Shown here one piece after another: positions 55,940-64,000 of a stretch of DNA of 64,000 nucleotides. A program made the position numbers and the translations under genes. The notes below the pieces were generated by a model, which saw only the letters and a program-made list of their open reading frames with translations, ran no database searches and had not been told where the DNA came from. The stretch is from Guillardia theta CCMP2712. Taxonomy: Eukaryota; Protista; Cryptophyta. The DNA is taken from contig NW_005434646.1 of assembly GCF_000315625.1 (NCBI RefSeq), positions 124,001 through 188,000 on the forward strand. The letters are read 5' to 3'. Position 1 is the first letter of the stretch. The number at the start of each line of letters is the position of its first letter.

Positions 55940-58266
55940 CACTATCATGGTAACAATGACGATGGTGGTGTTGTCATTGACATCCTGGATTCCACATGCA
56001 ACAATCCGCATCCTCTCCCCACAGCCATCACCTCGAGCTTCGAGAAGGCGTTGAGAATGTTGGCGATAGCCTGTGTGTCGTACACGAGCTTCCCCACCGA
56101 AGAAAAATTGGGAGAGTCATCGTCATTGTCCGAATCCTCGTCGACTGCACTGGCGTCTCTGGCAGAAGAAATTCACGATGGAGATGTTGCGATCAAGACA
56201 AGGAAACCTCGGAGCATGTCCAACGGACGTGATGAAGCGAGAGAAATGCGAGAAAAGCTTCATGTCCTTGTTTCCCACCTGAGAATGATCAACATTGGCA
56301 TCTCCCTCCTCCCTCTCGTCTCCTCTCCTCCTTCTTCTCCTCCTTCTCCTCCTCCTCGTCTCCTCCTCCTCCTCTTCACCATCGTTATCGCCCCGTGCTC
56401 ACCTTAGCATTCGCATTGAGGATGTTGGCGATGGCCTGGGACGAGAACTTTGATGTGCTGATCTCAGTCGCCATTTTGTTGAGGTGCGCAAACAGCTCCT
56501 GGTCGTACATCTCCAGCCGCGAGTACGCGTTGAGGATGTTGGCAACAGCCTGCGAGTCGCACCTGCTGCTCTGAAGGAAGAGCACAGCTTGCTTCATGTG
56601 CTTCAGGACCTTCTCCTCCTTCATGCCGACTTTGGCGTACGCGTTCACAATGTTGGCAATGTTCTGCGACGAGAAGTCGCTCATACCGAACGACAGGATG
56701 ATGGGCACGAAGGCTTCAAAGATCTCCTCCTCCCTCCTGTTCAGCCGTGCGTAACTGTTGAGCACCAGCGCCGTGCTCTGCGTGTCCCACGCGCTGCGGT
56801 CGAGGTGCTGGGTGACGATGGCCAAGTAGTCGAGGATGGGGGAGGAGGAGAAGGGAGACTTTGAGAAGCTGTTGAGAAAGATGGCTACAGACTGCGCGTT
56901 GTACTCGTCAGGAGGGATTCTTTGTGCGTATGTGGCGATACTCTCATAAAGATTTCTGCGTGAAAGCTCATCAGGTAAGGAGGAGGGAGGAGAGAGGAGG
57001 GAGGGGAGCACGTGAGGAAGGGAAAGAGGGAGGAGAGGAGAAGAAGGGTGGCAGGGAATGGTGACATGAAAATGAGAAGCGAATGAGAAAAAGATCAGAC
57101 GAAGAGGTAGGAGGAAGAAGAGGGAGAAACAATTGACGAGGGTATGGAGCAGAGTACGAAGAGGAGGAGGGGGAGGAGAAGTGGTAGGGAGGAGGAGGAA
57201 GAGTACCTGGGGAACATCCTTCTGCGAGCAAAGGCATTGATGATCATGGCGAGGGATTGAGTTCGGATCGACATGTCAGTCTCCATGAGCTCTTGGATCC
57301 TGGTGGCGCTGACGTCGAAAAGATCGTCGAAACCCTCACGATAGGCTGCGGCGTTGAGAGCGAGAGCAACGTTCTTAGCGTTAAGAAGGTGCACCCCATC
57401 CTGAGATCAAGTGAGGAGACGAAGGGAGGGAGGGAGGGAGGGAGGGAGGGAGGGGAGCGGTGAGCGATTGGGAAAGGGTGAGGATGTGAGGGAAGGAGCT
57501 GGGGGAAGCGAAGAGAGGATACTTATGGGCAGGCTTGCAGGGAGCAGGGGAGAAGAGAGGAGGGGGGAGGGGCAGGAGGAGGAGGAGGAGGAGGAGGAGG
57601 AGGAGGAGGAGGAGGAGGAGGAGGAGGAGGAAACAAGGGGAGAGAAGAGACAGAGGAAGCTGAGGTCACAGCATTCACCTTGACAACTCTCCCTAGCTTG
57701 ATCATGACAGCTTCGAGCCTCCGCTGCAGCACCTTGTCGCCCCTCGCCTGCTTCTGCAGCCTCTTCAGATGGTTCATGGCAGCGACCGCGTCCGATGAGT
57801 AGATGTTTTGATCCATCCCCCGCATCATCAAGTCCTCGAACAGGCTGAGTAGCTCGCCCAGGTTCTGATAGTTCCCCATGTTCTTGGGCAGCAGAACGCG
57901 GTTCCTCCCACTCTGCTCCTTCAGCAGCCCGATCCTCCCTGCTGTCTTCTGCAGGAACGGCCTGTCCCAGCTCTGCCCCCTCGGGCTGGGGGAGGAATCA
58001 GAGCTATCGAACCGCACTCGCTTCCAGCTCTTCCCCTCGTCGTCCTTGTACCTCCGCGTCTGCATCGCCAGCAGCTGCAGCCCGGCGCGAGGAGGGCGAA
58101 GGTGCGGCAGGTAGCACAGAGAGCTGGGAGGAGAAGCGACCAGCGGCAAGGAAGGGGGGCGGAGCCACGCCATGCTGCTGCCATCGCTACACACCCATGA
58201 AGAAGCGACGACGAGGAGGAAGAGGAGGAAGAAGCCGTCTGGCCTGCAGCTCCCGTTCCTCATCAT
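51206..58266 (-). CDS. Helical-repeat (OPR/HPR-like) RNA-binding protein with C-terminal RAP domain, probably plastid-targeted
   Basis: Many ~38-aa repeats F.AQ.IANI.NA(F/Y)A.L; RAP motif GYSLDI..ALEVDGPFHF..TKMKHRHLEQIGY..IPFWEW; signal peptide followed by A-W and an R/P/S-rich transit-like region. Confidence 0.88.
55431..55571. other. (TG)n microsatellite running into an assembly gap (N 55472-55571) inside an intron of the RAP gene
   Basis: Direct reading. Confidence 0.95.
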
Positions 58267-58523
58267 GCTTGTAATGGAGCTCAGGTGGGACAGCTGGGCA
58301 GCATTTCTAGCTCAGAATGGTAGGAAGTTTTTCTTTCTTCCCTTTCCTTCTCCCCGGCTCTTCATCTCCTCTCGTCTTCAGTCCCTGCCTTGATGCGTCA
58401 GAATAACTCGTCCGATCTGGCCTGCTGCTGCCCCTCCTCCTCCCCCTCGTTCTACTCCTCGTCCTACTCCTACTCCTCGTTCTACTCCTCCCTCTCCCCC
58501 TCGTTCTACTCCTCGTCCTACTC

Positions 58524-61500
58524 CTACTCCTCCTTCTCCTCGTCCTCCTCCTTACCCTCCAAGTTGGTCCTGTTGTGCCTATCATTTTCTGATAGTCTGC
58601 CATCGTACTTGCTTTCATCAAACTACGTGTCACCTCAACCTCTCTCTCTCTCTCTCTCTCTCCTTCTTTCTCCCTCCTCCCTCCACCCTCCTCGGTCCTC
58701 CCTCATCCCCCTGGAAAGGGTGTACATCCCCCTGGTTGTTCTCACCTCTTCACCTTGGCTGCTGCTGTTGATCTGGTTTGCGCCATGGCATCACATACCG
58801 GATTATATGGCATGTCAAAGCACTCGTACTGCACATTGCAAGCTATCACTTCATGTCTGAGTAAGGCGCACTACTGAGAGAGACATCGAGGACAGAAAGA
58901 AGATAGAGGAAAAGAAAGATCGAGTACATCAGCAGTGGAGGTGCGCTCTGAGCTCTTCTACCAATCTGCTCAGATCCTAGGTATCCTGACATGAGTAGTT
59001 AAAACTGACATGAGCCAAGAGATACTTACGACATCGGCTGTGTTCATGCGTTTTCTCCTGCAGTCTGATGCAGACACCGTAAAACATGCTCNNNNNNNNN
59101 NNNNNNNNNNNNNNNNNNNNNNNNNNNNNNNNNNNNNNNNNNNNNNNNNNNNNNNNNNNNNNNNNNNNNNNNNNNNNNNNNNNNNNNNNNNGGGAGGAGA
59201 GGATAGGAGGAGAGGATGGGAGGGGGGTGGGAGGAGAGGATTGGAAGGGGATGGGAGGAGAGGAGAGGAGGGGGATGGGAGGAGAGGATTGGAGGAGGGT
59301 GGGAGGAGAGGAGGGGAGGGCATGGGATGGTGAGGTGGCAACAGGAAGCAGAAGTTGACGGGTTACGACTGATCCAGCAAGACAGCGAGGTCGAAGGTGA
59401 AATTCACAACAGGGAGGAGGAAACTTCGATCAGAGGTGGAAGGGCTTGTACTTGTATGCAATCAATCCTTCAAGCGCCTGCCTCGTTGGTGTACGCTGCC
59501 ATCGACTGCAGGATGGCAACGACGTCGTCGCGCCCACTTTTCTGCCAGCAACCCCAGTGAGTGGATGGAGCACGAGCACTGGTCAAGGATCATCCTGACC
59601 TTCGCCACGTCCTCCGGCAGGTTGCCGTGGCTGCATCGGACCTGACGAGCTCCGGCTTCAATGAGCATCTGCAAGGAGGTCAGCAAGATTCTCGCCCACA
59701 AGGTCAGACCTTCACAATCTCCACGTTCCCTTTGGTAGCCGCGGCATGCAGCGCCGTCAAGCCCTCCCTGTCACTAGCCGCTCAGCTCCAACTCGGGGAG
59801 TACAGCCAAGTACCTCGTTCTGATCATGACGTCTGCTCCCGGTCCATCCATGTCGTCGATACCATCGCTCGGCCGCTCCCCCTGCTCCACTTTAGCACGT
59901 ACGAGAGAGAAGCAAGGCTGGACCAGCAGCTCCTTGACTATGTCTGCGAAGCCCATGAGGCAGGCCTGCCATGCAAGAAACGCGTCACGGGGGTGAAAAC
60001 AAGAGGCAAAGGAGTGGAGGAGATGCATGGGATGAGCACAAAGTAGTAAAAGAGGAAGGGAGCTAAGAGCAGTCCAGAGCAGAGCAAGTAGGTTGGGTGG
60101 TCAGGAATTGGTATAAGGTGGTAGTGTGATACCCGGATTAAAGGAGACTCTCCCTTGGCATCTTCTCCGATCTGCAAGTTGATGTTTGTCCTGCATTGCA
60201 AGTGAGCAGCAGGCAGAAGATAGTCTGCAGCTCACTTAGAGTGATGGTGAAGGACTTTCACGATGTCCTTGTATCCATGATTGCATGCGAGGTAAAGAGG
60301 TGAGATGCCCAGCGCGTCTGTCTGCAGGGAAGTCGATCAGGATGTGCAACGAAAACGCGCGAGCGGAATACTCGATTGGGATCGGCTTGTGCTTCTAGGA
60401 GCTCGCGGACGCAAGCTGTTTGTGCGTAAGATGGTCTGGTCAAGAAGAACGAGGGTCTGAGAAGACCTGTTCTCGAAGCCGAAGCTGGTTTGTTGAACAC
60501 CGCGTAGAAGAGAGGTGTATACCTGAAGCGAAAGTCAAGAAGCGTTTAAAATACAGAGCAGCGCTTTCTTGCCTCCCCTTCTTCACTTCTCCAGTTCCGT
60601 TTTCGTTCATCGGGTATCCATGGACGCATCTAGCGCATCGAGAGCTGAGCAATCATAGCAAGTCGACCCCGCACCTCACCTTGTAATTCCATTGTTCAAA
60701 GGGGTTGTAGAATTAGGATCCGCTCCTGTGGAAGGCAGAAGTGAGAATCTCAGCAAGTCCAGCAAATTTCAGTGCCAGGATGACCTGCTGCTAGCAGAAC
60801 TCGAACAACGGAGTCGTGAGCATTGTACGCGGCCTGATCACCACGGTCACTGTAAGAATGAAATGTAAAGAATAGGATGCCTTGTGAAGAGGAGTCTCAT
60901 GATCTGCAGCGGGGACGTTCACCGATGCAGTCTGTAAAGGAGGAATTTGAACATTAGAACGAGCGCAAGTTCAACTGAGCACCAAAATCGAAACAACAAG
61001 AAGATTGTATCGATCTCACATTCAACATGCCCAAAAGAAATCTGCAAACTCCCATATGACCATGGAACGAAGCCAGATGCAGCGGCTGCTTCATGGTTAA
61101 GAATATTTTGCTCCTGACTGAGGAGTCAAACACCTGTATCAACGTCGTAGGCATGTGGATGGCTGCATGGATACGAGCAGCAGCGAGAACTTTTGGGGGG
61201 AGATTGAAGATGTTTTGAAGCACTGAAACATCCCCATGTTTGGCTGGTCAATCAGACGGTTAGTGCGACTGCAAGTGACATCGGTGAAAACCAGCGGTGA
61301 AGATCTGATTGCTCAAGGCATGTCCAAGCTGTCGGATGGCTTCTGTTGGGTTTGATGGAAGGAGACTGTTTGTGGCCTGAGACACGAAAACTTCAAAATT
61401 CGGGAGGACGACAAAATGACTGCAAATAACCAATGAAGCCAAAACAGAATAGACGGTATTGAGTTCTGATGCATTCAGGTCACCCGGACCATGTCCTGAC

Positions 61501-63205
61501 GCATGCGATCATTCTATGGTAGAGCATAATCGAATAAATCACCGAAGTTGACAGGAGTGAATCCAGTATTCGATCCAGTTCTCATTTGAAATTGTGCTTG
61601 GTTTTGCCCTTCATTACTTGATGCTCCCTGATTTTCCAGGGAAATTGTCAGTGTGGATCAGTGAATCATCCCTTCATAATGGAAATAACGTGTGCGAGAA
61701 GCAGATCAGATGAAAATAATGTACCGTGAAGACAAAGGGTTGCGGAGGGATCGAATTCTGCGTGTTTGAAGTCCAGGGTGATTGATTGGAAGCCTGGGGA
61801 AATTGATTTGAAGCCTGAGGGCGTTGATTTGAAGCCTGAGGGCGTTGATTTGAAGCCTGAGGGCGTTGATTTGAAGCCTGAGGGCTTGGATTTGAAGTCT
61901 GGGGGCTTGGATTTGAAGTCTGGGGAGGTTGATTCGAAGTCTGGGGGGTTTGATTCGAAGTCTGCGATGACGAATTGGTCGGCTGGGATGGCTGAGAACC
62001 TGAACTGCCACCTGGCCCCGCAGCATCTTGTCGTTGTGCCCCTCCAGCTGAGTCTCCAGACAGGTCATGATCGTTGCCGCCGTCCCGCTGATTGTTCGGC
62101 CTTCCCGTCTGCGTGCTATCAGTGTTCGGTGAGGGCGTGTTCAACACGGAGGTTTGACCAGCCGCCATCACCCAGCCAAGGGCCATCTGCTCAGGGCGAA
62201 TCCAAGGATCCGGACGGTTGGGAGGAGGAACGCGGAACGTTCTCATTGCAACTTGCAGCGGGTTCCCAAACTTCAAGACGTCAAGCAACCATATTTCAAG
62301 TCTGAGCTCGGTCGTTTCATCCTCCAGTCGACTCAACGCAGCCAACCCTGAAGAAGAGATTTCGTCCGATGACAAGCCATCTTGGCTGGCGGATCCATAG
62401 GTGAAGTCTGTCTGATGCTTCATGCACATGAGATCGAGGTCCAGTTTCTTGGATAGATGAACGATCATTTCTCTCATCCTGTCCTTATCCGCACATATAG
62501 GCCATCCTCGTTTCATGAGAGTATGGACCGCAAGGCATGCCGTCCCAACAACAAAGAAATTCCCGAAGTCACGATGCCAATTGGGCCATTTGAAAGCGCT
62601 CTTCACAGCTTCGATTGCTTCAAGAATTTCTTCATTGCTTGTCACTCGAACATTTACCGTTTGCCCACTCTGCCCCGGAAATTCAGGGAAGGTCGGAAAC
62701 TCGAATCCGCTGAAAGGCCTGATCACCATGATAGTCAGGCATAGAATGGGGAGGTTGCGATGATATGTTCAGACCGGACCTGTTCGAGTTGAGAAAACCA
62801 CTTTGGACTGCGGGGCCTTCATGATTGGCATGCATCCCATTGGGAGCATTGGTGGCGGCTCCTTGAGCTTCCAACTCTGGGTCAAGGGTTACCCCGCGAG
62901 CATGCACAACATCACATGAAACCTTCTCGAGTTTGCACCAGCGCCACGTTCTCCAGCTTCACTTTGATCCGCTTTCCTCCATCAGTCCTCACACAGAGCA
63001 GCCCCTTCCCAACAATATCCTCCACATACCCCATGTGCCCATTGTAAGAAACACTTCTTTGCAAGCTTTGTAGCATGACCCTATCTCCAATCTGTACCTC
63101 GGCAGGTTCCCCCTCGACGGGAAAGAATGGCCGATCGTCGCAGCGATCATCGTCGCTGCTGACTTCAATGTTGTCCCATCTGCTGTAATCAACATTCCTG
63201 CTCAT
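58524..63205 (-). CDS. Large multi-exon protein: Cdc37-like N-terminal motif, SH3/KOW-like domain, Q/P/S/N repeat and ankyrin repeats
   Basis: MSRNVDYSRWDNIEVSSDDD; GDRVMLQSL..YNGHMGYV..IKVKLENV; ankyrin exons QPLHLASFHGHMGVCRFLL, ACLMGFADIVKELL; plausible GT-AG joins link the parts, but this could be two genes; gap at 59092-59191. Confidence 0.6.
61785..61965 (-). repeat. 21-nt coding tandem repeat (PQ[AT]SN[QP]x), about 9 units
   Basis: GATTTGAAGCCTGAGGGCGTT repeated on the + strand. Confidence 0.9.
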
Positions 63206-63438
63206 ACTCGCAGCTTCGCTCCTGTATATTCAGACCGTCACGTTCGCACTCCGCCTCTATCTGATCTCCTCGCCCCTCCCCTGAGCTGTTCTGTAGGTAG
63301 ATACCGGTCAACTTCCACCAAGAAGATGCTACCTTCTTCTCCTCCTACTCCTCGTCTCCTTCCCGCGCTTCCTCACTCTCTAACCCTTTTTGCAGCCTCC
63401 TCACCACACCCGCCCAGGATTGACTGAGTGCCACGCCC

Positions 63439-63503
63439 GGCCGGGTCTGTTACACCGGGCCCGGGGAGGTGAGGCCGGGTCTGTTACACCGGGCCCGGGG
63501 AGG
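63439..63503 (+). repeat. Perfect 31-nt direct repeat GGCCGGGTCTGTTACACCGGGCCCGGGGAGG x2
   Basis: Copies at 63439-63469 and 63473-63503. Confidence 0.95.
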
Positions 63504-64000
63504 CCCGAGGCTCACCTCCCCGGGGCCGCCCGGGGAGAGTCAGTCAGGCTGGGCCCCGTGACCCGGGTCAGTCCCTGACGGGCCTTGTAAGAGGGTGCTG
63601 ACTCTGACAGGGGGGGGTTGGTCACCGCGGTATCGAATTTAAAGGGGGTGTGGCGGCGCTGAGTGGTGTAGTGCCAGGCTGGGGGTTGCAGTGAGCCTCG
63701 GAGGGTGGGGGGGTCACCGGGTGGGGGGGGCGGGGGGGCAAGGGTGATGGCAGGGGTACGAGATTATCTGATCTTGTGCGAAGAGGCCGGTAAGCGGAGG
63801 GTGGGTGGGGTGGCGGAAGGGGGGAAGCAGGGGGTGGGAGAACCCAAAGCCTAGTAGTGAGCCTCCGGCAACAGATGCATCAGACCGCACCATGACGTCT
63901 GCGACCGAGACGGCGAGGTGATGGCCGGGGAGAGATGTAGGGGGGAGGATGCGAGGGGAAGGGAAAGAGGGTGAGGTTAGCAGGCGCTGCTATGAGCATG

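Overview
Gene-dense eukaryotic nuclear DNA with many short (~45-70 nt) GT-AG introns, purine/pyrimidine microsatellite-filled longer introns and three 100-N assembly gaps. The gene style and a signal-peptide + aromatic-residue bipartite leader suggest an alga with a complex red plastid, most likely a cryptophyte (inference). About 25 genes are visible. They include RPL13a/uL13, TSR2, two near-identical tandem canonical poly(A) polymerases, a long helical-repeat RAP-domain protein, a GT23 fucosyltransferase, an RNI-type LRR protein, a COG2907-like flavoprotein, PH, PDZ, UBL-BAG and ricin-B proteins, and five ankyrin-repeat genes. Best leads: (1) the second poly(A) polymerase copy differs from its twin at residues that appear to line the nucleotide/primer pocket, and copy homology runs from start codon to stop codon. 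(2) RPL13a intron 1 is unusually long and holds an alternative acceptor buried in a hairpin and followed by in-frame stops, a possible autoregulatory poison-splicing switch. (3) Two recurring intergenic motif grammars (GGGGTA-clusters and CCGG/TGAC islands) mark gene 5' ends. Exon structures were read by eye; boundaries of multi-exon genes are approximate.
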